This document shows positions 36,080-49,940 of a DNA stretch of 64,000 nt, piece by piece. Below the pieces are notes generated by a model. That model was not told the origin of the DNA. It saw nothing but the letters and a program-made list of their open reading frames with translations, and ran no database searches. Within the stretch, counting starts at the first letter, position 1, and each line of letters opens with the position of its first letter. The DNA is taken from NCBI GenBank assembly GCA_038087875.1, contig CM075993.1, forward strand, positions 3,660,001 to 3,724,000, written 5' to 3'. The stretch is from Malacoraja senta (lineage: Eukaryota). Position numbers and translations under genes: made by a program.

Positions 36080-38512
36080 GTAATCTATTGGCGATCTGAA
36101 ATGTCCACTGTTTCTCTTTCCAGAGTTGTCTGATCTGAACATTTCCAGCATTTTCTGCTTCAATTTCGAGTTTTCAACATCTGGAGTACTTAGTCACTTT
36201 GTGATCTTCCGGGTTACTGTGATAATTTTGGACAGTAGATAAAACACAGTCTGATCTTGCAGTTCATTTACTCACAGTGCCACCTTGTGTATCAAGCACT
36301 GTGTATTATGGTCGTATATGTCATTGATATTGTGATCAAATCAAGTTTGGAAATGTCAAAGACTAGAGGGCTTCTGTGGAATCTGTGGAATTCTTTGACA
36401 CAGAAGGATGTGGAGGCAAAGAAAGTCAGTGGATATTTTTAAGGTAGACAAAAATACTGGAGAAACTCAGCGGGTGAGGCAGCATCTACGGAGGGTTATG
36501 GGGAGAAGGCAGGAGAATGTGGTTAGGAGGGAGAGATAGATCAGCCATGATTGAATGGTGGAGTAGACTTCATGGGCCGAATGGCCTCTCACATGCGAAA
36601 GCTTTAAGGGTGAAAAGGCCCAGTTTAAAACAGGTGTGTGGGGCAATTGTTTTACACAGAGTGGTGGGTGCCTGGAATGTGCTGCCAGGGGTGGTGGCAG
36701 TAGAGGGGAAGATATGATAGTGAAATTTAAAAGGCTTTCAGATAGGCACCTGGGTATGCGGGGAATGGAGGGATATGGATACTAATTTAACTTGGCATCA
36801 TGTCATTATGGGCCTGTTCCTGTACCCAGTTGTTCTATGTCAGCATGGGCAGTATATGCACTCATGTCTTGATCTCTGCATCGCGGAAACATCGTATGAT
36901 TCTTTCCCAAGTATAGCAGCTACTAACCAGAACAAATCTAGGGAATGAGGATGTATAATGAGGTGGAGGAAACGAGGATAATGGGGAACTTGGTACAGAG
37001 TTGGAGTTGGGGTCAGCATAGATCAGCCATGATCATATTGTGAAATGCAGTGACATCAAGCTGGAGGGACCTACTCCAGCTCCTACTACATTCTTGATAG
37101 ATTGAAAGGGTTTAGGTCTGTTTGCCTTACAGAAAGCCACAAAGAGGTATTTAAAATTGTGAAGAGCAAATAGAAACAGTTTTTAACAGCTGTAAGGTCA
37201 ATAAACAGAAGCACGGATTTAAAATAAGCAGCAAAGGAACTGGACGTGTCGCAGAAGATCTTTATACACAACGAGTAGCTAGGATTTGGAATGTTTTGCC
37301 TGATAAGGGCAAAAAGAGAAATTGTTGTACCAGTCACTATGAATAGGTGGATAATACTTAAATTGAAAATGAGGAAGGCAGCAATGATGAACTGAATGCC
37401 CCCCTTTTTAAGTTATATGTAGTCATTTTAGTTTACTGTGATATGTATACAATGTGATCTTGTATATTTTGTATTACCATGACCATCCCCACATATGCAC
37501 TTCTGAAAGTTGAAATCTAATATACTTATTTTTTTAAAGAAAAACACAGACTGGTATAACCAGAGAGGGCCAAAGATCATGCACATGAATATTTCATGCA
37601 ACAATGATTTCCAATTGTGACACGGTTTGGCTAAACACAGCACAGACAAGGCAGCCAGTATTGTCAGTGACGCCACCTATTAATGCCAACCTGCACTTTT
37701 TGAAGGGAGGCACAATGTGGTTGAATGCAACTGAATTACAATTGTTCACAAGTTATAGGAGTAGAATTATGCCACTCGGCCCATCGTCCACTCTGCCATT
37801 CAATCATGGCTGATCTCTGCCTCCTAATCCCATTTTCCTGCCTTCTCCCCATAACCCTTGACACACATACTAATCAAGAATTTGTCTATCTCTGCCTTAA
37901 AAATATCCACTGACTTGGCCTCCACAGCCCTCTGTGGTAATGAGTTCCACAGATTAACTACCCTCTGACTAAAAAAGTACCTCCTCACTCCGTTCTAAAA
38001 GAGCACCCTTTAATTCTGAGGCTATGACCTCTGGTCCTAGACTTTCCCACCAGTGGCAACATCCTATCTAATTGTAAAACAAAAAAAAGAAAAGCAGCTC
38101 TTCCAATGTTTTTTGATGTTTTACAAAAGCTTTTCACTGTACCTCGGTACATGTGACAATGAACTAAACTCAATTCATCAGACTACTGAACGGTCCTCTC
38201 AGAAGCTAAGAGTGTAGATCCAATCTCCCAACCTACATCATTGTGGCTCATGCACTTTTTTAAATCTTCACTTTCTCTGTAACTGCGCTGCTGCAACACA
38301 ATATACCGCACTCTGGTATTCATCTCTCATACGTGTGCATGGCTTGATCATACGCTTGTCTAGTATGATTTGACTGGATAGCATGCAAACAAAGTTTTCC
38401 ACTGTATCTCGGTATACCTGACAATAATAACCCAATCCCAACATCTGTTTGTTTCTATTGCAAGATCTATTTGTATTAACTCATGTAAAAAGTACTTATT
38501 TTCTCTCCTTAG

Positions 38513-38546
38513 GACAAACGGCCAATTCCAGAACCAGGAGCTGGCG
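38513..38546 (+). CDS. SORD: SORD copy A exon 2 (34 nt, DKRPIPEPGAG)
   Basis: ctccttag|GAC...GGCG|gtaagc; size and PIPEPG motif match vertebrate SORD exon 2. Confidence 0.92.
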
Positions 38547-41097
38547 GTAAGCATGTCCTTCAAAAACCTCCTGAAGAAAGGCTTCCTCTGTTGTTCTCCC
38601 ATTATCATTTATTAATCTGTGGCTGGTACGACAGCTAGCCTTAGAAATACATGTTCAACAAAAACATCATGCTATTGCACTGATCTGCAAGGTGATAAAT
38701 GGATGCAAACATTAGGTTCGGGCTGCAGGTCCTTAACGTTTCACCATTGTCCCCTCTCGAAAATGGAAGATACTTGATGTGAAAGTCATGTATAGAACCA
38801 TAGAAACACAGAAAATAGGTGCAAGAGTAGGCCATTCGGCCCTTCAAGCCAGCACCACCCTTCAATATGACCATGGCTGATTATCCAAAATCAATACCCC
38901 GTTCCTGCTTTCTCCCCATATCCCCTGATTCCGTTAGCCCTAAGAGCTATATCTAACTCTCTCTTGAAAACATTAATAAATATACATACATGTATAAAAT
39001 AAGAGTGCAATAGATGCTATATTTCTACAGAGTACAGATGTTTCAGTATTCTGGTTTTTAAATTGACCAGATCTATAAAAAGATATTAAAGTGAATTTTC
39101 CTTGTACCTTGTTCAGGATGCTCAAAGCACAAATAATGTCAAGTTTCATCTTGCATTGATTTTTACAAATCTAATTGTCCATTCATTTTTTCTAAATATG
39201 TTTTCAAACTTCCCAGGAAAAATAGTGACGTTCATTTCAAAATGTGTTTTCAATTCTGCGATCTGTGTGTTTGGTTGGCTTCCATCAATTTGCGAGAGAT
39301 GATGGTGTGGCTTTGGCTTCGTCCTGCTTGGAGATCCTTCCATTTGGTTTGGCCGCAAGCCCAGACAGATAATTAGAAGGGCAGACTGGACCAGCATCTG
39401 CATTCCCCTCTTGACCTAACAGACGGATTGCAGAGGAACGAAGTGGCTGCTGCGTCTGGAGGCTACTTGGTTGCAGGAGTTGCCAGAAGGTGAAAGCATG
39501 AGGAATCAGCTAACCATCTATAGGGACTCCAGCTCCAATGCCTTTGGCTCTCTTGAGCCTCACCAAAAGGTAGTGTAGTGCTGTTTGACTCAGAGCTTAG
39601 GACATGGGTGATGGACTCCAGGGCATGTCCACACGCCGGTGGATCTGCACGTCGCATCTCTGGGGCCAATATTCCTCCACCGTTTCACCCCGGATCAAAG
39701 GTGGTCCCAGTTACTATGTGTTGCTACGAGGAGGCACTCCGCAAGTCTTGATGGTGTGGAGGTTATGTACTGGCTTACGCACATGGCTTCCTTTTGCAAG
39801 ATTTGTTAACCAGTGGCATCTGGATTTATACCAGAGCACTAGACTACATGAATCACCCTGTGGCTCACACCATCAACTACACCACACTAACAATCTGTGT
39901 AAAATGAGTAAACTAAACCCATTGAATAAATTATAATTTAGAGTGACTGAGTAAAGTCCTGGCCGTCTGACTTTCTTGGATCCGATTACTTTTTTTCACC
40001 TCTTCCTTCGACATGCCTGCAGAAATGTCCACTCCCTGGCATTTGGGACCTAGAGTCATAGAGTGATACAGTGTGGAAACAGGCCCTTCGGCCCAACTTG
40101 CCCACACCGGCCAACATGTCCCAGCTACACTAGTCCCACCTGCCTGCATTTGATCCATATCCCTCCAAACCTGTCCTATCCATGTACCTGTCTAACTGTT
40201 TCTTAAATGTTGGGATAGTCCCTGCGTCAACTACCTCCTCCGGCAGCTTGTTCCATACCCCTACCACCTTTTGTGTGAAAAAACTACACCTCAGATTCCA
40301 ATAGACAATAGACAATAGGTGCAGGAGTAGGCCATTCGGCCCTTCAATGTGATCATGGCTGATCATCCCCAATCAGTACCCCGTTCCTGCCTTCTCCCCA
40401 TATGCCCTGGCTCCGCTATCTTTAAGAGCCCTATCTAGCTCTCTCTTGAAAGTATCCAGAGAACCGGCCTCTGAGGCCGAGAATTCCACAGACTCACAAC
40501 TCTCTGTGAGAAAAGGTGTTTCCTCATCTCCGTTCGAAATGGCTTACCCCTTATTCCTATTAAATCTTTTCCCCTTCACCTTAAACCTATGTCCTCTAGT
40601 CCTCGATTCACCTACTCTTGGCAAGACACTCTGTGCATCTACCCAATCTATTCCTCTGATGATCTTTTACACCTCTATCAGATCACCCCTCATCCTCCTG
40701 CGCTGCCTCCAAGGAATAGAGTCCCAGCGTACTCAACCTCTCTATATAGCTCAGACCCTCTACTCCTGGCAACATCCTCATGGCAGTGGCTTGGAATTAA
40801 GCAGGGAAGAAGTGTACCATTTTTCTGGGCTTATCAGCAGCAAGTCAGCCACATTTTTATTATTGGTTTGGAAAATTCATCAGTCCACATGACCGACAGA
40901 AATGATTGAAATTCTCTAAACAAAAATAAATCTAAAACTTTAAAGTTAAAATCAAATGCACTCTTTCTCTTAAAGTGAATATTCTTAACAGCATTATATT
41001 TAAAAAAAACATGTGCTCAAAGTCATTACATGTAAATTACATGTCATGCGATGTTTTCTAGTTTGAAACGTTTTAATTGTACCCTACTGCCTTTCAG

Positions 41098-41262
41098 AGG
41101 TTCTGTTGAAGATACATTCAGTTGGGATCTGTGGCTCTGATGTCCATTACTGGCAACATGGAAAAATTGGAGATTTTGTTGTGAAGAAACCAATGGTTTT
41201 GGGACATGAAGCGGCGGGAACTGTTTTCAAACTGGGGTCTGGAGTACAAAATCTCAAAGTAG
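41098..41262 (+). CDS. SORD: SORD copy A exon 3 (165 nt; catalytic Zn ligands GICGSDVH and GHE)
   Basis: tttcag|[57 protein letters not shown]|gtcagt. Confidence 0.97.
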
Positions 41263-41459
41263 GTCAGTTCACAATAAAATAGGAAGAATATGTATGCAAT
41301 GCCTTCATGATCCTGAAATGCTTCAAAGTACAAAATAGCATTTGGAGTGTCGACATTGAGATTCAGCAACAGTTAGGAAAGTAAGTGGCAAATGCTCCTT
41401 TGCTAACAGGTCTGAGTATAAATGCAAAGATTGCTCCAATTACACATGGCCCTAGTGAG

Positions 41460-42090
41460 TTGCATATGATATACTGTGGATAGTATGTGAGGAGGCAGGC
41501 CTAGGACAGAAAGGTCAGTGTGAGAATGGGAAGGGGAATCCATCAGTCTGAAGAAGGGTTTCGGCCAGAAATGTTGCCTATTTCCTTCGCTCCACAGATG
41601 CTGCCTCACCTGCTGAGTTTCTCCAGCATTTTTGTCTACCAGGGGAATTAAAGTGTTTGGCAACTTGGAGATCAGGTAGACCTCCTCCATTGTCAGAGTT
41701 GAGGCTAAGCTCAAATTGGAGGAATATTTCACTTGTGCAGCTTACACCCCAGTGGTATGAATATTGATTTCTCTAACTTCAAGTAACCCCTGCAAGTAAC
41801 TCTCTCCAGCCCTCCCCCATCCAAGTCGCACCAGCTTCTCGTTCTCACCTCGTAAACAGCTAACAATGGTCTCTTTATCATAATTTTTGAATTTGTTCAT
41901 TCAGTTCTATATCTCTCTACTTCACCGTCTATATCTCTCGTTTTCCTCTTCCCTGACTCTAGTCTGAAGAAGGGTCTCGACCCGAAACGTCACCCATTCC
42001 TTCTCTCCAGAGATGCTGCCTGGCCTGCTGAGTTTCTCCACCATTTTGTGTCTATCTTCAGTTTAAACTAGCATCTGCAATTCCTTCCTA
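41460..42090. mobile_element. Penelope-like fragment with an inverted 5' part and a nested pseudo-LTR, in SORD intron 3
   Basis: GIY-YIG tail on both strands (41460-41540 minus, 41680-41780 plus); intact hammerhead motif at 41964. Confidence 0.7.
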
Positions 42091-42319
42091 AACATTTCGT
42101 CTGGAATACTGTATGCAGGTCCTATCTCCTTCAGGTGGGATTTACCTGCAACAAAGGGAGTGCAGCAATATTTTAGCAGATTGCTACCTGGGATTGTTGG
42201 GTGGGTTTGTTGTATGGCGAAAGATTTCGCGAAAGATTTGTCACAGGTTGTGGGAAATGAGTGGGGGTGAGCTCACAGAGAAGTTCAAAGTTCTTACAGA
42301 GTTGACAGGGATGATGGCA

Positions 42320-42948
<629 letters not shown>

Positions 42949-43090
42949 TTTATTGTCACATCTACCATGAAGGCACAGTGAAATTCTTTGTGTTTTGCTC
43001 ACACACTACACAAAAGAGTCGACAGAAGTCGACCAAGTTACAAAGTACCCTTAAATATTAAATACCCTTAAATGCTCAGAAAGCATGTCT

Positions 43091-43354
43091 GAAGAAGGGT
43101 TTCGGCCCGAAACGTTGCCTATTTCCTTCGCTCCATAGATGCTGCTGCACCCGCTGAGATTCTCCAGCATTTTTGTGTACCGTTAAATATTGTTGGTCCC
43201 TTCTTTGTCTCCCCCTCCATCCGAAGAAGGGTTTCGGCCCGAAACGTTGCCTATTTCCTTTGCTCCATAGATGCTGCTGCACCCGCTGAGTTTCTCCAGC
43301 ATTTTTGTGTACCCTTAAATATTGTTGGTCCCTTCTTTGTCTCCCCCTCCATCC
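43091..43354 (+). repeat. 132-bp tandem duplication of a pseudo-LTR plus adjacent unique flank
   Basis: Units start at 43091 and 43223; each ends ttaaatattgttggtcccttctttgtctccccctccatcc. Confidence 0.9.
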
Positions 43355-44369
43355 AGGGTCAGTATCAAGATACATGGGCAGTCATTCAGGATTGAGATGA
43401 TGAGATTTCTCAGCACCCAAAGGATTATCAGCATTTTGACTTGTCTATCTGGGAGGGTTGTGGATGCTTGGTCAATAGTTACATCCAAGATAAGATTGAT
43501 ACATGTTGAAATATTAAGGAAATCACCAAATGTGAGATCATGGCAGAAAATTGCCACGGAAGATCGCACAAGGGGTCAGATATTTCTTTTCTTGTTTTCT
43601 CATGTTAACATGGGTTCTTCTGTTCACATTGGCTATGTATTCCACCCAATTCTTGGGGCATGCCTTAGCCCCTGGAAACCATATACTCAGTACTTTTAGA
43701 TAATTGGAACTCATGGTCCATGAAATGAGATTTAAAAAACAAGCTAAAATAGAATGCAGATTCTGGAAATTTGAACTGAAACCAAAAAATGCTGTGTACC
43801 ATTCGGAAGGTTAGGATTATCTTTAGAGAGAGAATTAGGGTTAACGTTCACAGAAGGAGAGATGGAGAAAATGAAGGGGATGCCTCTGATGGCCCAGGTG
43901 ACACAAATGCTGTTAATGCCGTCTAATAGAGGACGATGAATGCATATCACCAACCTGTCCGGAGAACAGTAAATGTCAAGTTGAATGCAGTTAGCAGAGA
44001 GAAAAGAAAAAAAAAATTCAAAACTGGTGAAGCAGAAGAAAGCAAATTGCTAATAATCTGAAATAGAATACTGGAAATATTTGGCAGATCAGGTAGCACC
44101 TAGAGAAGATAAAATGAGTCAGTGTTATGGTTGATGAATTAGAACTGGCCAAATCTGACCCAAACGATTGATTGGACCAGTCTCCAAAGAACATGATCTC
44201 ACTTTTTCTGCAATTAACTCTGGCCCTTGAGGTCAGTTCTAACTAGTCACTGAAGCTCATCGGTCTGTGACTCATGGCAAATTCATAGAAGATGATAACG
44301 TAGTCCATATATAGGGGGGTTTTGATCTGAACACCTCTGCTGCGACTGGATTCTGCTACTGCTTCAAAT

Positions 44370-44730
44370 GCACATTGGCCGACTGGATCTCCCGGTTGCT
44401 AACCATTTTAACTCCCCTTCCCATTCCCATACTGACTTTTCTGTCCTGGGCCCACTCCATTGCCAGGTGAGGCTACAAGCAAATGGGAGGAAGAGCACCT
44501 CATATTTCACTTGGGTAGCTTACAACCCAGCAGTATGAACATAGACTTCTCCAATTTTAGGTAACTTCAACAACTGTGTATGTTGACCCTGATTTGTCCT
44601 GGTCTTTTCATGCTTCCAGTTCCCATATCCCTACAATCAGTCTGAAGAAGGCTCCCGTCCCGAAGCGTCACCTATCCATTTTCTCCAGAGATGCTGCCTT
44701 GACCCATTGATTTACTCCAGCATTTTGTGT
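44370..44730 (+). mobile_element. Penelope-like element 3' fragment
   Basis: LPVANHFNSPSHSHTDFSVLG..EEEHLIFHLGSLQPSSMNIDFSNF GIY-YIG tail and a pseudo-LTR. Confidence 0.8.
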
Positions 44731-45284
44731 CTTAACCTTACAGAGGAGATTTTACGAGTATGTTGCCAGACCTGGAAGGTTTGAGTTATAAGGAGAAGTC
44801 TGAGATCCTGGATCTTTCCTTTGCTGAAACATTGGAAACTAAGGGATGACCTTAAAGAGGTATAAAAAAAAATCATGAGGGAGGTGGATTGGGTAGCTTT
44901 CACCTGAGTAGCCGAATGTGAAACTTCTGTGAGCATAGGTTTAAGGTGAGGGGGCATTTAAAAAGGAGCAATAGGCGACATTTTCACACAGTTTAGAAGA
45001 TCTGAACCTACAGCACTGTGGTGACAGTCTGATAGCTGATGGTTTCACCGTAAAGAAATAACATAATTGTCCTATTTGGAAATTAACTTCATAATGGCTC
45101 TCTTTTGATTGACTAATAAGAATAGTTGACTAATTGACTATGACTAATAGTTGGGATGGGAAAAACCTTGCCCCAGATTAGGGAATACAAATATTACATT
45201 CTGTGCCACTAATACTAATAAACAGTGATTGTTTGCTGGAAGAAAACGTGCATGCATTTATCTCAAGTATTTCCTCCACTGCAG

Positions 45285-45444
45285 GTGACAGAGTTACCAT
45301 CGAGCCTGGTGTTCCTCGAGAGAATTGTGACTATTGCAAAATTGGACGTTACAATCTTTCTTCGACAATTTTTTTCTGTGCTACTCCTCCTGACGATGGG
45401 ACCCTATGTCGGTACTATGTCCACAATGCTAATTACTGCTTCAA
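45285..45444 (+). CDS. SORD: SORD copy A exon 4 (160 nt)
   Basis: ctgcag|[53 protein letters not shown]|gtaagt. Confidence 0.97.
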
Positions 45445-45509
45445 GTAAGTTGCTCATCGTTACTTACTTGTTTGGCCGTGGCCATTTCAAGGTTGGGAAT
45501 GAAAATAAA

Positions 45510-46060
45510 GGCTGATCATAGAGGCAGAGTGATACAGCTCAACTTGCCCACACCAGCCAGCATGTCCCAGCTTCACTAGTCCCACCTGCCAGAGTTTGTC
45601 CCATATCAGTCCAAAACTGTCCTATCCATGCACCTGTCTAACTGTTTCTTAAGCGTTGAGATAGTCCCAGCCTCAACTACCTCCTCTGGCAGCTTGTTCC
45701 ACACCCCCACCACCCTTTGTGTGAAAAAGTGACCCTCAGATTCCTATTAAATCTTTTTTTACCTTCACCTTAAACCTATGTCCTCTGGTCCTCGATTCCC
45801 CTACTCTGGGCAAGAGACTCTGTGCATCTACCCAATCTATTCCTCTCATGATTTTATGCACATCTATAAGGTCACCCCTCATCCTCCCGCGCTCCAAGGA
45901 CAGGAGTTCCAGCCTACTCAACCTCTCTCTATAGCTCAGACCCTCCAGTCCTGGCAACATCCTCGTAAATCTTCTCTGTATCCTTTCAAGCTTGACAACA
46001 TCTTTCCTATCACATGGTGCCCAGACTGAACACAATACTCAAAATGTGGCCTCACCAACA
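45510..46060 (-). mobile_element. CR1 LINE 3' fragment
   Basis: ORF 45736-46035 (KLERIQRRFTRMLPGL..RTRGHRFK). Confidence 0.85.
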
Positions 46061-46596
46061 TCACTCACCATTGTCCGTCCCTAGCATTGATGTGTGTGCA
46101 CGATTAAATATTGGGCAACGACAAGATTAATATTATGCCTCAGCTGAGACCACTGACTTGTTCGTAAATTGAAATTAAGGGTGAATTAAGCCCCAAGGAT
46201 AATTTGACAGATTATGTTTCGCGTTTAAGTTTCACCTAAACTTATTAATTATTTGAAACGTACACATGCGGCATGCCTTTATGAAACGCATAGATAGAAT
46301 TTGGGCAAATAATTAGTCCAAGGTACCTGCCACTAACATGGGTCTTACGAAAGGCAACATATTATGGGGAATGAGAGCTAGCTGTGGAGAGTGTGATGAA
46401 ATTATTGAAGAATACTTTGATATTCATTCGAAAATGAGGACTTAATCGTAACTGCAACATTAGGTAAAAGACAGATACAAATTAACTATTCCAATAAATT
46501 ATTGTTCAAATTACAGAACTATCACATCATAGAAGAAGGCCATATCAAGGCCATGCTTAGATTTTCCTGCTAATCTGTTTCATTTCTTACATCTTA

Positions 46597-46931
46597 AGAG
46601 CCTATGCCAAGTTACGCGATTTTTTCGTCGACTTGCCGGCACCCGTCATAGTCGTCGCAGCAGGTTGCCGAAAATTTTCAACATGTTGAAAATCCAGCGG
46701 CGACCAGAAAAAGGTACGACTCTTTGGGCAACTACTCACAACCAAACAAGCGTCACGTGTCGACATGTCAAGGGGTAACGCCTGTATGGTCGTGAGTAGC
46801 CGCCCAAAGAGTCGTACCTTTTTCTGGTCGCCGATGGATTTTCAACATTTTGAAACTTTTCGGAGACTTGCTTGCGACTATGACGGGTGCCGGCAAGTCG
46901 GCGAAAAAATTGTGTAAGTGGGACAGGCCCT
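46597..46931. mobile_element. PIF/Harbinger-type palindromic MITE
   Basis: TTA TSD (46594-46596, 46932-46934); the two arms are reverse complements; right end AAGTGGGACAGGCCCT. Confidence 0.8.
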
Positions 46932-47419
46932 TTATGCTTTTTTTAATTGTTTTGTTGACCTACCACTTCAAAGATCTATGTGCATGCACACCCAAGACTT
47001 TTTGTTCCTGAAACTGCGATAGAATTCATTTTCAATTCATGGCACGAGCAGCCAAATAAAGATTTTCTAGTAATTACAACTCAGTAGTGCTGTTCTGCAA
47101 AACATTAGGATAAGTAGCAGGAAGGCAATAAACAGTCAATGTATGACTTCACTGCATCAATTACAAAAGTACAGTTTAAGCTAGTTATTAACATCAGTCA
47201 ATGGAGTATCAGATCTAATTTATTCTGTTTTTGAATATCCTTAAACAGACTTTCAAACCAATAGATAATATATGGCATATTTCATGCCATGGAATCATAT
47301 TAATTTTAAGCATTTTTAAGCTATTTTATCATCATTTGATAGCGCAGTCATGTTCCATTTAATAAACTAATATTGTCCAGAAACATTTATGGATATGGCA
47401 TTTAGTATATATATGGTAA

Positions 47420-49260
47420 AAGGTCTGTCTCATTGTGCGAGTTGACCCACGAGTGACCCCGAGTGAAAGACTCGTGGTTGCGTACGATACTACAAGTTTA
47501 TGATCCAGAGTTTAACCGAGTTCCCACGGGTATGTCTAAGTTTCCCGTTTACTTCTCATTTCTGCGATGTTCCAAGTTCGTCTCCCGAGTGTACCAAGTT
47601 CCTCTCCCGTTAATCTTGAGGCAACAATGTATATCGAAGTGTTGAAAAATTATCACATGTTCAAAAAATGATGTCATGCCAGCCAAAGAACGTAGAGACT
47701 ATTGTGTTTGCTGCATGTGTTCTGCACAACCTGATCCGTATCAGAGGTGCAGCTTCAGGATCAGCAACAGCCATGCAGGACGGTGACTTAGTGGACAGTC
47801 AAACAGGGAGAATAACACTTGGTGCGTGGAGGAGTGGTACAAACGACGAGACTTTGGTGCCACTGCAGTGTTTTCGAGGTAACACGGGGACCAACAGTGC
47901 AAAAGAGCAGAGAGACCATCTCTGCTCCTACTATAATTCAGAATTGGGCAGTGTGCCGTGGCAGGACAGCTTATTTTGAGCGGCTGCCGACCACAGGTAC
48001 ATCACTGCATGAGGAGAGCTCACATACAGAAAAATCCAGTTAATTTCATGTTTAGTTTAAATCCTGCTGACTTTTCATTGTTTAACTTTAAGTGTGGATT
48101 TTATTTTTTATTGTGGTGTAAAAGTAATTTCATTGCATCTGTCTTTCCTTTAAAACGTGGTTATCATGCATCTGCTTATCTGATTGTAGATCTCAAAACT
48201 TGTCATTTAGCGCATTGCATTGTATCTTTTATTGCCTGAATTTAGACTAGTGCATTTCTCAGCTGAATTAGTATATAGTGGAAATACTTTTATTTGTGCT
48301 TCATTTGTTGATTTTCATGTATGAGAAGCCCTTTTTCAGACCACTGTGTTGTTTGCTGTGGTGCTTCACCGTGATATGGGTTTGCAGGAAATTACGCATT
48401 TTTTTACGCAAAAAAGCGTTTTTTATATTGAACAAGAATAAAGACTTTGTTTCACATTCAAGACATTTGTTTCACATAAGACTTTGTCTTATTTTCTGAT
48501 CTACTGAGAGGTGACAATTTTAAACATTTAAAAAGCAGCATATGAGGCAGCTGTCCTTAAATCTCACAAATGATTGTGAGAATCAAGATGTGAATATATT
48601 TTGCCTTCCTCTATTTTGTGTTTTATGATGAAAGGAATATTACATTCAAGTCATGAGACTTTGTAGTGATATTAAAATGAAGACTTCCAGGCATCAATTT
48701 GATCTTGATAGCAAATGACTCTCTTTTATTGTGCAATGAAGTAAACAAACAGTGAGAATCAAACGGATCAGCAAGAAGCTTTTCAACACAACACAACACA
48801 ACACAAATTTATATATAAACTTCAAGCAATTTTTTTCTTTTCAACCCACTCTGTCACCTTATCAATAACTTGCTTAACTTTGTTAAGCAGAATTTGTCTT
48901 TAAAAAGTCTAAGTAGCTGATATTTCTGTCCCTGATTATTGTTTCTAAAAAGAGTTCCCACGGTAGAATCACGAGTCACAAAGTTAAACGCACGGGCCAC
49001 TAGGTTCTTACAACGAGTTTAAAATGTTTCAAATTTTAACCACAAGAGTACATTTTACTCGTGGAAAAGTACAAACATGTTTGAACTTTTGCAAGAGTTA
49101 ACAAGTTTCACGTGTACCTCCCGTTAGCGCCACGAGTCGCTAAGTTGCGTCCACGAGTTCCAAAGTTCCCGCTACGTTAATTGTACGTGATTACCACGAG
49201 TTAAATTTGTTTTAAACTCGGGGTCACTCGTGGGTCAACTCGCACAGTGAGACAGCCCTT
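47420..49260 (+). mobile_element. Internally deleted PIF/Harbinger transposon with a transposase C-terminal remnant, in SORD intron 4
   Basis: TAA TSD (47417-47419, 49261-49263) and a TIR of about 45 bp (AAGG.CTGTCTCA.TGTGCGAGTTGACCCACGAGTGACCCCGAGT). ORF 47668-47979 reads IVFAACVLHNLIR..RDHLCSYYNSELGSVPWQ, the HARBI1/DDE_Tnp_4-type C-terminus. Confidence 0.88.
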
Positions 49261-49534
49261 TAAGCATATATATGGTAAGCTTATATATATATAGTAATAC
49301 AACATATATATAGTAATACAACATAGTAAGCATAGCTACAATGATAGTTGCTACAATTAGCTAATGATAGCTACAAATGAGGTTAGTGGACAGGTTTCTG
49401 AATGTTGTTCATATTCCATTTTAAGTGCAACATCACTCAATGTTAAACATGAGGAATGACGTGGAAAGCTTCATGCTAGTGAATTATATGTTTCCAATAA
49501 GAAGAGTTTAATGTTTATAATTTCTCCATTTTAG

Positions 49535-49653
49535 ACTTCCAGAGTGTGTGAGTTTTGAGGAAGGTGCACTGATTGAGCCGCTGTCTGTCGCGATTCATGC
49601 CTGTCGCAGAGGTAGGGTACAGATGGGTCACAAGATCCTCATCATGGGAGCAG
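49535..49653 (+). CDS. SORD: SORD copy A exon 5 (119 nt)
   Basis: ttttag|[40 protein letters not shown]|gtatgt. Confidence 0.97.
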
Positions 49654-49874
49654 GTATGTAGTTTCTAATGCGGATCTCTTTCCACTGATATTATTAACCA
49701 AAAGGGGCACTCACAAATTTGACCATTGAGAACAAAAACACGCTCACCCACGCAAACACTCACACACACCCCACCCCACCCCCCATACACACATGCAAGC
49801 AGAAATGATCATTAACTGCGAGAATACAAAATGTACCTTGGAGCAAATATTTGTGCGTTCTGTCTTTTATGTAG

Positions 49875-49940
49875 GTCCAGTTGGACTTCTGAATCTGCTT
49901 GTTGCCAAGAGCATGGGGGCAGGTCCCATTGCTGTTTGCG
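49875..49940 (+). CDS. SORD: SORD copy A exon 6 (66 nt; completes the Rossmann GAGPVG)
   Basis: atgtag|GPVGLLNLLVAKSMGAGPIAVC|gtaagg. Confidence 0.95.

Noticed and set aside
47668..47979. Domesticated HARBI1-like gene nested in SORD intron 4
   Set aside because: Only the C-terminal fragment is present, and it lies between TIRs with a TAA TSD.
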